This document shows positions 9,583 through 19,519 of a stretch of 64,000 nucleotides of DNA, in pieces. The notes beneath the pieces were generated by a model. It did not search any database and had not been told where the DNA came from. It was given only the letters and a program-made list of their open reading frames with translations. Each line of letters begins with the position of its first letter. The stretch's first letter is position 1. The stretch comes from Ostreococcus lucimarinus (Eukaryota): the NCBI GenBank assembly GCA_000092065.1, contig CP000589.1; one strand, 5' to 3'. Position numbers and translations under genes: made by a program.

Positions 9583-9614
9583 GTCGAATCGTCGAATCGT
9601 CGAGTCGTCGAGTC
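9583..9614. repeat. 8-bp tandem repeat (gtcgaatc/gtcgagtc) x4 in the PPDK-CLC intergenic region
   Basis: Read directly: gtcgaatc gtcgaatc gtcgagtc gtcgagtc. Confidence 0.8.
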
Positions 9615-9725
9615 GTCTCGCCGCGGCCACCTGGCGCCAACGACCACATGACGACAGTGTTCATCGGGTCGCGTCACACCGCGGCGCGCGTCCGCCGACG
9701 CGCGGCCGCGTGAGAAACGCGCGCG

Positions 9726-12527
9726 ATGGAGAGCTTCCACGAGCACTCCTACGAGCTCTCGCGCCTGGCGCGCGGTGAAAGCAGCGCCGACGTCGCGCGC
9801 GCCAAAGATGATTTCCAAGCGACGTCGCCCGCGAATTACGTCCCCACGCGCGCCGAACTCGTCGGAGGCGTCGTCGGAGGCTCGGAAACCGACGCCACGC
9901 ACCTGCGTTTGCAACGCATGGCGGCGTTCGAGTCGCACGATTACGACCCGATCGATAACGATCTCGAGGAGGACGCGCTGCGGGGACGCACGCGAGAAGA
10001 CTATAAACGCGAGCGAGCGTGGAAGTGGGCGACGAGCGTGATGATCGGTGCGGTGATGGGAATCGTGGCGTTCGTGATCGATGGATTGGTGGATAAGCTG
10101 AATTTGTTTCGGTACGGGGTGATCGGAGATAAGGTTGGGACGGACGGATACGCGCGGTTCGTCGCGTGGTTGCTGCACGCGGTGGTGAGCTGCGCGTTCG
10201 CGGCTGTCGCGGGAGGGCTGGTGTCGTACGTGGAACCGCTCGCCGCGGGATCGGGGATCCCGGAGTTGAAGACATACTTGAACGGCGTCCACCTCAAGGG
10301 GCTTTTGCGGTTGAAGACGGTGGTGGCGAAGCTGGGGGGGATTTCGTTTAGCATCGGCGCGGGATTAATCGCGGGCAAGGAGGGACCGTTCGTGCACGGA
10401 GGTGGGTTAGTCGGGGGTGGGTTGAGCGCGTTCGGGTCAAACACGCTCGGCTTCAAATTGAAATATCCCGCGTGGTTCCGAGATGATCGACATAAACGGG
10501 ACTTTGTCGCCATCGGCACCGCCACAGGCGTGGCGGTGGCGTTCGCCGCGCCCATCGGCGGCATGTTGTTCACCGTGGAGGAGGGTGCGAGTTTTTACAA
10601 CTCGGACATGTTATGGCGCGGGTTTTTAGCGACGTGCACGGGCGTGCTCACGATGCACTGGCTTGAACAGCTCGATTTCGACGCCGGAGACTTCGCGCGC
10701 GCGCGGTTCGGCACCCATCGCGACTTTGGATTGTACACGGACAGCGAGGCGGATTACTCAAAGAATTATTGGTGGTACTTTTGGGAGGTACCGATTTTCA
10801 TCGCCATGGGTGTGTGCGGTGGTTTACTCGGCGCTGCGTTCGTGAACTTGAACGTGAAAATCACGCAGTGGCGCGCCAAGTACATTCCCGTGACGGATCG
10901 GAGAAAGCGCTTGCTCGAAGTGATCGCCATTGCGGGGATCACGTCGACGCTATTTTTCTTCTTCATGTCCGTGTCGCCGTGTAAGGATATCCCTCTGCCG
11001 TTGCGAGCTGGGACGGCGGACAGTCTCGACGACATGTCCAATTCGAGCTTTGAGTACGGGGTGGAGACGAGAGACGAGATTCGCAACGATTTCTTCAAGC
11101 AGCTGTATTGCCCGGATGGTCAATACTCGGTGTACGGGCAATTATTTTACAACCCACTGGCGACGTCGTTCAAGTTTTTGCTCCATCTCGGCGAAGTCGG
11201 CGAGTTTGGCGGTGACAGTGCGCACCCTTTCCCGATCGGTGCGTTGATATGGTACTTCCTCTTGACGTTCTGTTTGATGACGGTGACGTACGGCATCGGA
11301 GCCCCGACGGGGCTCTTCGTGCCGTCGCTCGCCGTCGGGGCTTCTTTCGGTCAACTCTGCGGACGCGTGGTGGCACACATCGCCGCTTCGCGAGGAAGCG
11401 ATGTGAAGATTAACTTGCACGCCTACGCCATCATCGGCGCGGCGGCAAATCTCGGCGGGGCGACGAGAATGACCATTTCGATCACCGTTTTAGTCATGGA
11501 AACGACGGGTTCGATGCAGTTAATTATTCCACTCATGTTGACGATTTTCACCGCCAAGGCCGTGGGTGATCGATACGGGCACGGCATTTACGACACGCAC
11601 ATCAAAATCCGCGGAGCGCCGTTCTTGGAAGAGCCCGAGCTCGCTGGACCGACTGGAGACAAGCTTCGAGTGAACGAAGTCATGAGCGACGAGTTGGTGA
11701 CGCTTCAGCCCGTGATGCGCGTGAAGGATTTGCTACAGATCCTCACTCAAACCCCGCACGGGGCGTATCCAGTGACCGAACACCCGCCCGCGTACGCGGG
11801 CGAAGATTTCGAGCTGCACGGCTCCATCACGAGGAATCTGTTGCTCAAGATGCTCCTGCACAGAATTTCCTTCGTCGACGCGAGCGGCGGTGGACGCGTG
11901 GGCGGAGACAATCTGTTCACCAACCCGCGCGAACGCGACGATTTGCTCGAGCAATTGAAGCAAATTCCGTTCAAAGTGCCGAGCGCGCGCGAGGTGGCCC
12001 ATCGCGTGTCGGAAGAAGACATTCGCACGATGTCCGTCGACTTGCGAAGTTTCATGCAGCGCCACCCGTTCCTCGTGCACGCCGACGCGCGCGTCAGCCG
12101 CGCCTACCGTCAATTCCGAACGATGGGTTTGCGTCACATGTACGTCATGCCTTCCCGCCCTCGCGTCGTCGGCTTGCTCACGCGCAAAGACATCATTCAA
12201 GAGCGCACGAGCCTGACGTTGGGCTTGTACGCGCGCGGCTTGGCGCGTCCGCCCGCGCGACCCGTCTCCCGCACGTCGGAGCCCCCCCACGACGCTCGCG
12301 ACGCCGCCGTCGCGTCCACCGCCACCGCCCTCACCCCGAGCGCCGCCATCGACGACGACGACGACGCCAAGCTCCCCTACATTCCCTACTACGCCAACAA
12401 CTCGGCGACGACGGACGACGGCGACGACGCCGCCGCGAGCGCTCGCGCGTCCCACGCTTCCGACCTCGACGCCGCGCGCGCGTCCAACCCATTCATCGAC
12501 GCCGCGTCGACGCTCCGTCGTCGATGA
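9726..12527 (+). CDS. CLC-family chloride channel / Cl-/H+ exchanger with C-terminal CBS domains
   Basis: ATG checked at 9726. Motifs are GSGIPE, GKEGPFVHGG (gating Glu) and GAPTGLFVPS, with many TM segments. The CBS-like region follows (VMSDELVTLQP...HMYVMPSRPRVVGLLTRKDI). Confidence 0.9.
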   Translation: MESFHEHSYELSRLARGESSADVARAKDDFQATSPANYVPTRAELVGGVVGGSETDATHLRLQRMAAFESHDYDPIDNDLEEDALRGRTREDYKRERAWKWATSVMIGAVMGIVAFVIDGLVDKLNLFRYGVIGDKVGTDGYARFVAWLLHAVVSCAFAAVAGGLVSYVEPLAAGSGIPELKTYLNGVHLKGLLRLKTVVAKLGGISFSIGAGLIAGKEGPFVHGGGLVGGGLSAFGSNTLGFKLKYPAWFRDDRHKRDFVAIGTATGVAVAFAAPIGGMLFTVEEGASFYNSDMLWRGFLATCTGVLTMHWLEQLDFDAGDFARARFGTHRDFGLYTDSEADYSKNYWWYFWEVPIFIAMGVCGGLLGAAFVNLNVKITQWRAKYIPVTDRRKRLLEVIAIAGITSTLFFFFMSVSPCKDIPLPLRAGTADSLDDMSNSSFEYGVETRDEIRNDFFKQLYCPDGQYSVYGQLFYNPLATSFKFLLHLGEVGEFGGDSAHPFPIGALIWYFLLTFCLMTVTYGIGAPTGLFVPSLAVGASFGQLCGRVVAHIAASRGSDVKINLHAYAIIGAAANLGGATRMTISITVLVMETTGSMQLIIPLMLTIFTAKAVGDRYGHGIYDTHIKIRGAPFLEEPELAGPTGDKLRVNEVMSDELVTLQPVMRVKDLLQILTQTPHGAYPVTEHPPAYAGEDFELHGSITRNLLLKMLLHRISFVDASGGGRVGGDNLFTNPRERDDLLEQLKQIPFKVPSAREVAHRVSEEDIRTMSVDLRSFMQRHPFLVHADARVSRAYRQFRTMGLRHMYVMPSRPRVVGLLTRKDIIQERTSLTLGLYARGLARPPARPVSRTSEPPHDARDAAVASTATALTPSAAIDDDDDAKLPYIPYYANNSATTDDGDDAAASARASHASDLDAARASNPFIDAASTLRRR

Positions 12528-12613
12528 GCGTCGAGAATAGCGCGCATCAGCATCGTTGTAACGCCGCGCGTTCGCGTCTCGCGTCTCGCGTCTCGCCTCG
12601 GCGCTCAAACTCA

Positions 12614-12622
12614 AAACCCTAA
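12614..12622 (+). promoter_or_regulatory. Telo-box-like motif AAACCCTAA upstream of PP2C
   Basis: A single plant-type telomere unit sits 84..92 nt upstream of the PP2C ATG. Register was checked against ORF 11733..12614. Confidence 0.3.
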
Positions 12623-12705
12623 CCGGCTGACGTGGTCGACGCGTGTCGTTTCTCCGGCGTCAAATCGCCCCTCGCACAACGGCGCGCTTTGACGCGTCGC
12701 GCGCG

Positions 12706-14150
12706 ATGGGGGCGTACCTCAGCCAACCGGTCACGCGCAAGGACTCCACCGACGGCGCCGACGCGCGCTTCGCGTACGGCACGACCGCGATGCAGGGGTG
12801 GCGAACGAACATGGAGGTGCGACGACGACGAGATGACGCGGACGCGACGACGCGACGACGACGGCGCGCGCGTCGTCGCGACGAGCGGCGAACGCGACGA
12901 CGACGGACGCGCGATGGGAAAGAAACGCGACGCGACGACGCGCGCGCGCGAGCGATGGAGACGACGACGCGCGAGGGACGGCGAAAGAGCGCGACGGCGG
13001 GGACGACGACGACCTGGCGAAGACGCGAGGCGGAGGCGCGAAAGCGGAGGGACTGACGAGCGCGCGACGCGCGATGAAACAGGACGCGCACGCGACGATA
13101 TTGGATTTGGACGCGGATACGGCGTTTTTTGCGGTGTTCGATGGACACGGGGGGAAGGAGGTGGCGATGTACGCGGCGAAGCGCCTGCACGAGACGCTGA
13201 AGGAGACGGAGAGCTACGTCGCGGGGGACGTCGCGAGAGGATTGGAGGAGAGTTTTCTCGCGCTCGACCGGAAAATGCTGGCGAAGGAGGCGGCGGGAGA
13301 GTTGAAGGCGTTCAGGGCGGGCGGAGAAAAGGACGATTCGAGCGGGTTCGGGGGATTGCTGGGGGACGGCGCGAGCGCCGAGGAGCAAAAGAATCGGCGA
13401 GCGGAGATCAACGCCAAGCTTCGCGCGGCGTTGATCGAACAGGTCAAGGAGTCCAACCCGGACATCGATGAAAATGATATTAAATTTGATTTTGAATTGG
13501 AGGATGGAGATTTTAACGAAATTGCGAGCTCGAGCGGCGGCGACGGCGCCGACGACGCCTCGCACGAAAATTGGACGGGCCCGCAAGCGGGCGCGACCTC
13601 GGTCGTGGTGTGCGTTCGCGGTGACAAGGTGTATTGCGCCAACGCCGGGGACTCTCGAGCGGTATTCTCGCGGAAAGGCGGCGAGGCTGTCGAGATGAGT
13701 GAGGACCACAAACCGATGAATGACGGCGAGCGCAAGCGCATCATAAACGCGGGCGGTTTCGTCAGCGAAGGACGAGTCAACGGCTCGTTGGCACTGTCTC
13801 GCGCGTTGGGAGACTTTGAGTACAAGATGAACAAAGAGCTCGACGAAAAGCAGCAAGCGGTGACGGCGTTTCCGGAGATTAGAGAATTCCAACTGCAAGA
13901 GGGCGATGAGTTCATGATTCTCGCGTGCGACGGCATTTGGGATGTCATGTCGTCGCAAGAGTGCGTGAATTTCGTGAGAGAGCGACTCGTTGCGAAGCTC
14001 AAGTCGGGCGAGAGCGACTTGAAACTGAGTCAAATATGCGAGGAGCTTTGCGACAGGTGTCTGGCGCCCGACACCAGAGGCTCGGGCCTGGGATGCGATA
14101 ACATGAGCGTCGTCGTCGTCCTACTGAAGAAATTTTGTTCGATTGCGTGA
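12706..14150 (+). CDS. Protein phosphatase 2C (PPM family); 2 exons: 12706..12816 and 13083..14150
   Basis: Exon 1 encodes MGAYLSQPVTRKDSTDG...AMQGWRTNME. Exon 2 encodes DAHATILDLDADTAFFAVFDGHGGKEVA ... CANAGDSRAV ... GSLALSRALGD ... ILACDGIWDV ... GCDNMSVVVV. The junction rebuilds the canonical MQGWR..MEDAH motif. The N-terminal MG is a possible myristoylation site. There is an acidic insert between the catalytic halves. Confidence 0.9.
12817..13082 (+). other. Intron 1 of PP2C (266 nt, GT-AG, phase 0)
   Basis: The 5' end is GTGCGA at 12817. ACTGAC is at 13052..13057 and the 3' CAG ends at 13082. The body is low-complexity and gacgacg-rich. Confidence 0.9.
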
Positions 14151-14224
14151 GCGAGCATCGAGCGGAAGGCGTAATCACGCGTAGACTTCTTAATACTGTT
14201 GTTGAAACCATACAAGTACTACTA

Positions 14225-14914
14225 CTACCGCACCCGCTCCTCGTCTCTCGCGTTCAACACGTCGACGCCTTCTCGCTCGAGCTCGTCCGCCAGAGCCATG
14301 ACGAGGGGTTTGTGGAACCGAGCGCGCGCGTTGATGAAGAAGTTGCCGATGGCAAACTCGCTCGACCCGATCTCGCGCGCCAACCGCCGCTTCTCCTCCC
14401 GCGTCGGGAACGGATGATCGAAATGGGCCAGTATCCACGACCGCAGCACTCGCTGCCCCTCCTTCGACCCGAGCCTTCGACGCCGCGGCTCGGCGTCCCT
14501 CGACGCGACGGCTCGCGCCTTCTCCGCCCGCAGTCGCGCCGACGCGAACGCCGCGCGAATCCCCGACCTCGCGCACTTCGTGATTCCCGACGGAAGCGTG
14601 AGCTCCATTTTCGCCCGCAGCGTCTCGAATCGCCGCTCGACGTCGTCCAGTCGCCGCTCGTACGCCGCGAGCGCGTCGTCGCGCATGTCGCGTCGAGTGT
14701 CGATTTGAGTCCTCGAGCGGCGCGCGCGACGCCACTCGGCGACGTCCCTCGGCGACGATCGCGCGCGACGAGCGTCTCGCGCGCTTGATCGAGCGTTTCC
14801 CGCGCGGTCCTCACGCGCGCTCCCGCGCGTCGTCGCGCGTCGTCGTGTGTCGAGTCGAGCGTTGTGAAAAAGGTGTTCAGTGTTGGCGTCGCGCGCGCGC
14901 GGCATCGACACCAT
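14225..14914 (-). CDS. TALE-class homeobox protein (BELL/MEIS-like homeodomain)
   Basis: ATG checked at 14912..14914. The homeodomain lies at about 14306..14480: LRSWILAHFDHPFPTREEKRRLAREIGSSEFAIGNFFINARARFHKP. It has the 3-residue loop extension (HPFP), and its INARxR helix 3 resembles the BELL motif INARVRLWKP. Confidence 0.75.
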   Translation of the reverse strand: MVSMPRARDANTEHLFHNARLDTRRRATTRGSAREDRAGNARSSARDARRARSSPRDVAEWRRARRSRTQIDTRRDMRDDALAAYERRLDDVERRFETLRAKMELTLPSGITKCARSGIRAAFASARLRAEKARAVASRDAEPRRRRLGSKEGQRVLRSWILAHFDHPFPTREEKRRLAREIGSSEFAIGNFFINARARFHKPLVMALADELEREGVDVLNARDEERVR

Positions 14915-15004
14915 CTCGCGACGCGCGCGACCGCGCGCGACGGTCGATCGCTCGAACGCCGAGTCTCGCGCGCGAACGGACGCGACGCGACCGCGGTACG
15001 GTCG

Positions 15005-15036
<32 letters not shown>

Positions 15037-15063
15037 GAGACGGAGACTCGACTCAACACTAAA
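14915..15063. promoter_or_regulatory. Divergent promoter region between the TALE homeobox and TBC/PX genes
   Basis: 149 nt separate the two divergent ATGs. This is inferred from gene arrangement only. Confidence 0.4.
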
Positions 15064-17565
15064 ATGTTGAGCGGCGCGCCGATCGACGGCGCGCGACGCG
15101 AGGCGAAGGGCTCGAACGACGTCGCGACGGGACGACGCGATGGGAAGGATTTGGACATGTCGCCGGTGCGAGCGTCGACGAAGCTGGCGACGCGGGCGCG
15201 GTACGCGGCGATCGACGAGGACGCGGGCGAGGAGGACGCGGCGAGCTTCGTCGACGCGGATGATCGAATGCCGTTCGGTCGCGCGAGTGATTTCCCGCCG
15301 TCTTACGGCGAGGCGAAGGCGTTGAAACGCGTTGAGGGCGAGGCGTCGGTGAGCGGGGAGCCGTCGAGCGAGGAGGAGGATCTCGAGGCGGCGACGCCGA
15401 GGGACGAACTCGGATTTGAAGTTCCGGAGAGTCTGCGGGAGACGCACGAGGCGCGACGCGCGGTGCGCGCGGATCACAGGATTCGACAGATGGAATATTT
15501 AGAGGTGTATCGGAACGTACCGGAGAAGCAGAGGGGCGTGGGCGGAGACGCGTGTTTGGCGCTCGCGGTGAATGGAATTCATCCGGACCACCGCGCGGAG
15601 ATTTGGGCGGAAAAGCTCAAGGCGCATGTGAAGCAGTACTCGAGTTCGCATTCGTTTTATCAGTACTTGGAACTCGGGCAGGCGTCGTTGAGCGACGCCG
15701 AGCGAGAGCTCATCGAGGGTGACGTGCGCGCGGCGTGCCCGACGCATCCACTGCTTCGCTCGGATGTCGCGGAATCGACGTCCAGATCGACGTCTTCGTC
15801 TTTCACGCACGCGTTCGCGAACACGGCGAGCGAGGGGTTCGTGCTCGGTGGAAAGGGCGTCGCATTTCAAGATTTCCCTAGGACGCTGATAAACATATTG
15901 ATAGCCGCCGCCGAGCGGAGTCCGCACGGGTACTGCTCAGGATTCGTCGTTCCCGCCGCCGTGATGCTGTTGCTCACCGAAGACGAAGAGGCGTCGTTTT
16001 GGATGCTCGCTGGGTTCACGGAAGACGTGCTGTCGAGCGTCATCTCGCGCTCGTGCATAAATCTGTACGCCGAAGCCAAGTACATCGACTTGGACGTCAT
16101 GCTCCACGAACCCGAATTGGCGGCGCATTTGAACGAAGGCGACTGCCGACCGAGCGTCGTCGTCGCCGGCTTGCTCACGCGCGTGGGCTTGGGCGTTCTT
16201 CCCACCGAAAGCGTGCTTCGATTGTGGGACGCGCTCATTCTTGAAGGCGGCCAGGTACTGGCACCGTTTAGCATTTTGGTGATGAAGGCTGCGAAGGAGC
16301 AGCTTCTCGCCGCCGCCGTCGGCGACCTGTGCGAGACGTTTGACGCCGAGGCGGCGCGGATGCACGACGTCGGCGATACTTTGATGGACGCCATCGTCGC
16401 CTCGAGGGAAATGAGTTCAAAATTTGACTCATTGAGCATAAGATTGGGCGAACGCGAGGTCACTGCGGATGTGTTGAACAATCTCTTCAACTTTAGAGAC
16501 GTCGTACGTTCGCTCTCAGAGAGCGCCGGCCCGGAGGGCATCGGGCGACAGGAAATCATCACTCGCGAAGAGCTTGAGGAGGTCGTGTGCGCGACGTACT
16601 GCCTCGAGCAGTTCACCGACGTGGACACGGCGGTCGACAAAAAGTACCAGAGTCGTGAGTTGCTCATGGCGTACGATTTAGCCGTGCGTCACAAAGAAGA
16701 GCTCAAGACGAAGGGCTTGCGCTTCGACGAGTTCATGAAAGTGTTACGCGTCAAGTCGAGCACGTCGAGCAAGCTGAAGATGCTCGCGGTAAAGGGTGAC
16801 ACCGTGGAAGCGCGGGTGAAGAATTTCATCATCGGTGAGACGAACGACGGTATGCCTACCGAAAAGTCGGTCAAGTTGGCGCTCTTTGTCGCCAACGGCG
16901 TCATTCCCACGCAGCGCCTGAGCAGCGCGCCGGTGGAGAGCAAGATTTTGAACGGACTCGCTTCGAGCGAAAATTGGTACTGCGAGATGCGCATGAACGC
17001 CCGCGCGGCGTTAATTCTCGCAAATTTCGCCATTCCGCTCTTCATAACCGAAGACGCCGTCCCGAGCATGGAACGCGACGACGCGAGCGACTCGAAAGAC
17101 GCCTTTGACGTCTCGATCATCGCGTCCAAAGCGAAAGCGCTGGACGATTCTCCGCGCGCGTTCGGCGGTCTCGTGCCGCTCGCGCACACCGAGTATCACA
17201 TTCTCGTGCAAACGCGAGAAGGCCCGCCTCGAGTGGTGAAGAAACGCTTCAGCGACTTCAAATCGCTTCACGAAGAGCTCCGCAAAAGCGGATGCTACAA
17301 CGTCACTCGCGTCGCCGAAAACGCCATCGGCACCGACGCCGCGCTGAGCGTCGACCCACACGTCGTCGCCTCACGTTCGGTGAGCTTACAGCGATATCTC
17401 GATCAACTCAACGCGTGCGGCTTACCGAAAGTCCATCGCTTTTTGCGCGCGTTTCTCGGTTTGGACGAGCCCAAATCCCGAGTCTCGCGTCTGCGTTCGC
17501 TCTGCGCCGCGTGTTCGCCCGCGCGCATCGTCTGCGGTTTCACCGCTCGCGCGCGACGACGATAA
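15064..17565 (+). CDS. Rab-GAP TBC domain protein with C-terminal PX domain
   Basis: Uses the first ATG (residue 94) of ORF 14785..17565. The TBC-like part is NGIHPDHRAEIW...IEGDVRAACPTHPLL...YCSGFVVPAAVMLL. The PX-like end is YHILVQTREGPPRVVKKRFSDFKSLHEEL...RSVSLQRYLDQL. Confidence 0.7.
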   Translation: MLSGAPIDGARREAKGSNDVATGRRDGKDLDMSPVRASTKLATRARYAAIDEDAGEEDAASFVDADDRMPFGRASDFPPSYGEAKALKRVEGEASVSGEPSSEEEDLEAATPRDELGFEVPESLRETHEARRAVRADHRIRQMEYLEVYRNVPEKQRGVGGDACLALAVNGIHPDHRAEIWAEKLKAHVKQYSSSHSFYQYLELGQASLSDAERELIEGDVRAACPTHPLLRSDVAESTSRSTSSSFTHAFANTASEGFVLGGKGVAFQDFPRTLINILIAAAERSPHGYCSGFVVPAAVMLLLTEDEEASFWMLAGFTEDVLSSVISRSCINLYAEAKYIDLDVMLHEPELAAHLNEGDCRPSVVVAGLLTRVGLGVLPTESVLRLWDALILEGGQVLAPFSILVMKAAKEQLLAAAVGDLCETFDAEAARMHDVGDTLMDAIVASREMSSKFDSLSIRLGEREVTADVLNNLFNFRDVVRSLSESAGPEGIGRQEIITREELEEVVCATYCLEQFTDVDTAVDKKYQSRELLMAYDLAVRHKEELKTKGLRFDEFMKVLRVKSSTSSKLKMLAVKGDTVEARVKNFIIGETNDGMPTEKSVKLALFVANGVIPTQRLSSAPVESKILNGLASSENWYCEMRMNARAALILANFAIPLFITEDAVPSMERDDASDSKDAFDVSIIASKAKALDDSPRAFGGLVPLAHTEYHILVQTREGPPRVVKKRFSDFKSLHEELRKSGCYNVTRVAENAIGTDAALSVDPHVVASRSVSLQRYLDQLNACGLPKVHRFLRAFLGLDEPKSRVSRLRSLCAACSPARIVCGFTARARRR

Positions 17566-17604
17566 TGTACAACACTCTGCATCAATACAATCTCTGACGT
17601 CTAG

Positions 17605-18000
17605 CTAGCCCTCCGCGAGCGCCCACGCGTCCACCGCGCGTTCGCCGTGCGGATCCAGTCTCCTGTCCTCTTTCCGCTGCGAGAAATCGCTCTCGATCCT
17701 CCTGAGCGCGCTCGTCCGCACCACCGCGTCCTCCGCCTCGTCCGACTCGACCCACACGTGACGCTCGCTCTCGCTTCGCCGCAGCGCGCGCACGACGGCC
17801 TCGCGCCCGTCGTCGCGCGTCTCCACGACGGCGTACTTCCCCGACCGCCCGCTCGAATCGTCGACGAATTCCACGCAATCGTGCGCCGCGATCGCCGCGC
17901 GCGCGCGCGCGGACCCCCTCCGCGCGCGCACAGACGTCCGTCGTCGCGCCGCGGCGCGCGACCTCGCGCCCGCGCGCGTCACCGGCGCCGCCCGCGCCAT
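17605..18000 (-). CDS. Hypothetical protein (Arg/Ala-rich presequence-like N-terminus)
   Basis: ATG checked at 17998..18000. It is the only ORF fitting the gap between the TBC/PX and SmF genes, and it lies divergent to SmF. I recognise no family. Confidence 0.3.
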   Translation of the reverse strand: MARAAPVTRAGARSRAAARRRTSVRARRGSARARAAIAAHDCVEFVDDSSGRSGKYAVVETRDDGREAVVRALRRSESERHVWVESDEAEDAVVRTSALRRIESDFSQRKEDRRLDPHGERAVDAWALAEG

Positions 18001-18074
18001 CGCGCGTCGCGATGCGGCGCTAGGTCACGCCCCGCGTCGCCGCACACGCGCGCGCGCGCCGCGCCGACGACGCG
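18001..18074. promoter_or_regulatory. Divergent promoter region between the hypothetical gene and SmF
   Basis: 74 nt separate the divergent ATGs. Inferred from arrangement only. Confidence 0.3.
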
Positions 18075-18314
18075 ATGAGCGCGCCGATCAATCCCAAGCC
18101 CTTCCTCGCGTCGCTCACGGGGAAGAAAGTCGCGGTGAAGCTCAAGTGGGGGATGGAGTACCGCGGATTCTTGGTGTCGACGGATGCGTACATGAATCTG
18201 CAGCTCGCGTCGACGGAGGAGTACGTCGACGGCGAGCGCCAGGGCGCGCTGGGAGAGGTGCTGATTCGATGTAATAACGTGATGTATCTCAAGGCGGCGG
18301 ACGAGGAGGCGTGA
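18075..18314 (+). CDS. SNRPF: Small nuclear ribonucleoprotein F (Sm-F)
   Basis: Collinear over its full length with the Sm-F pattern: [48 protein letters not shown]...[13 protein letters not shown]. Confidence 0.9.
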   Translation: MSAPINPKPFLASLTGKKVAVKLKWGMEYRGFLVSTDAYMNLQLASTEEYVDGERQGALGEVLIRCNNVMYLKAADEEA

Positions 18315-18475
18315 GAGAGCGTCGGGCGAGCGCGTTCGGGAGGGAAAGAGGGAACGATCGAGGGACGCGGCGGCTGGCCGAACGAGGAGAACGAGACGCG
18401 ACGAGACGCGCTCGAGAATAAACGTGTTTGTAGTGATGATGAAAACGACGTGATCGTCGATGAATCGTTAACGGG

Positions 18476-19519
18476 CTACGCGGAGGCGTCGAACGGGGAC
18501 GCGCCCGAGACGCCGTCGAATTTGCAATTCGAAAAGTCCATCTCGGGGTGCGCCGCCATGAATTTTTTGAGCGCGTCTTGCTTCGTCTGCTCGTCCGCCG
18601 TGGGCAAGCCCATCGCCTTTTGCCTTTGATCGTACATCATTTTTTCCACCGTCGAGCGCGTTTCGCCGTCGAGATCGTCCAGGCGGCTGTTCTCGGGTTC
18701 GACCTTTTTGGTGTCGATTTTCGGGTCGTCGACGAGGACGTGCGGCCACCACTCGGCGCCGGTTTTCGCTTTTTGTAAAAAGCACGACACGTAGGCGTTG
18801 TCCTCCAGCGTCCAGTAGCACTCGTCCGGGGTGATGGCGGCGTAGAACTCGCCCTCGATGCGCGGCTCCCCGCTCGCCGTTTTAAGCTTGAACGAGAATC
18901 TATTCTTCGCGAAGGCGCACTCGATCTCCTTCGACTTGGTCCCCGGCGGCACCGCCACGCGCACCTCCAAATCATCCAACGTCTGCGTCCACACGTACTT
19001 CTCCGCTTCGCCGCCGTTCCCTTTATTCGGCATCATCGTTCCCGGCGCGAGCGCGTGCGGATCCTCCTCTTCCGCGTCGTTCGTCGTCGTCGTCGCCGTC
19101 GCCGCCGCCTCGGCGTCCTCGGTCACCTCCGTCAATTTTCCCTTACTTTTCTCCATCTGCATCTCCAGCGTTCGCGCTCGCAGCGCCTCCACGCGCTGTC
19201 TCTCCGCCTCCTCCATCGCCCGCGCCTTCGCCGCGTCTCTCTCCGCCTTCAACCGCGCCGCGTCGTCGTCGCTCGCCGTCGCCGTCGTCGCCGCCTTCGC
19301 CGCCTTCGCCGCCGCTCGACCCCGCGTCGTCTTTCCCAGCGCCTCCCGCACCGCCGCCCCCGCGCGCTCGGCGTCGACGAAGAAATCCGTTTTCTCATCC
19401 AGGAACGCGAAGAACGCGTCCAGCAGCGTCGCGATCGGCGTTTCCCCGGGCGCGGCGTTCGCCGCGCAAATCTGCGCCGCATTGATGAAAAGCGCGTCCG
19501 TCTGCCGTCTGTGCGCCAT
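18476..19519 (-). CDS. NUDC: NudC-family nuclear migration protein (CS domain)
   Basis: Starts at the internal ATG of ORF 18476..20641 (347 aa). It has a Lys/Glu/Ala coiled part and a CS domain YVWTQTLDDLEVRVAVPPGTKSKEIECAFAKNRFSFKLK...YWTLEDN. The upstream ORF extension is antisense to the neighbouring gene. Confidence 0.85.
   Translation of the reverse strand: MAHRRQTDALFINAAQICAANAAPGETPIATLLDAFFAFLDEKTDFFVDAERAGAAVREALGKTTRGRAAAKAAKAATTATASDDDAARLKAERDAAKARAMEEAERQRVEALRARTLEMQMEKSKGKLTEVTEDAEAAATATTTTNDAEEEDPHALAPGTMMPNKGNGGEAEKYVWTQTLDDLEVRVAVPPGTKSKEIECAFAKNRFSFKLKTASGEPRIEGEFYAAITPDECYWTLEDNAYVSCFLQKAKTGAEWWPHVLVDDPKIDTKKVEPENSRLDDLDGETRSTVEKMMYDQRQKAMGLPTADEQTKQDALKKFMAAHPEMDFSNCKFDGVSGASPFDASA

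Noticed and set aside
14254-15477. A 407-aa Arg-rich ORF on the minus strand spanning the TALE gene and the TBC/PX start.
   Set aside because: It is in a different frame from the homeodomain-containing ORF and antisense to TBC/PX. It has no motifs.
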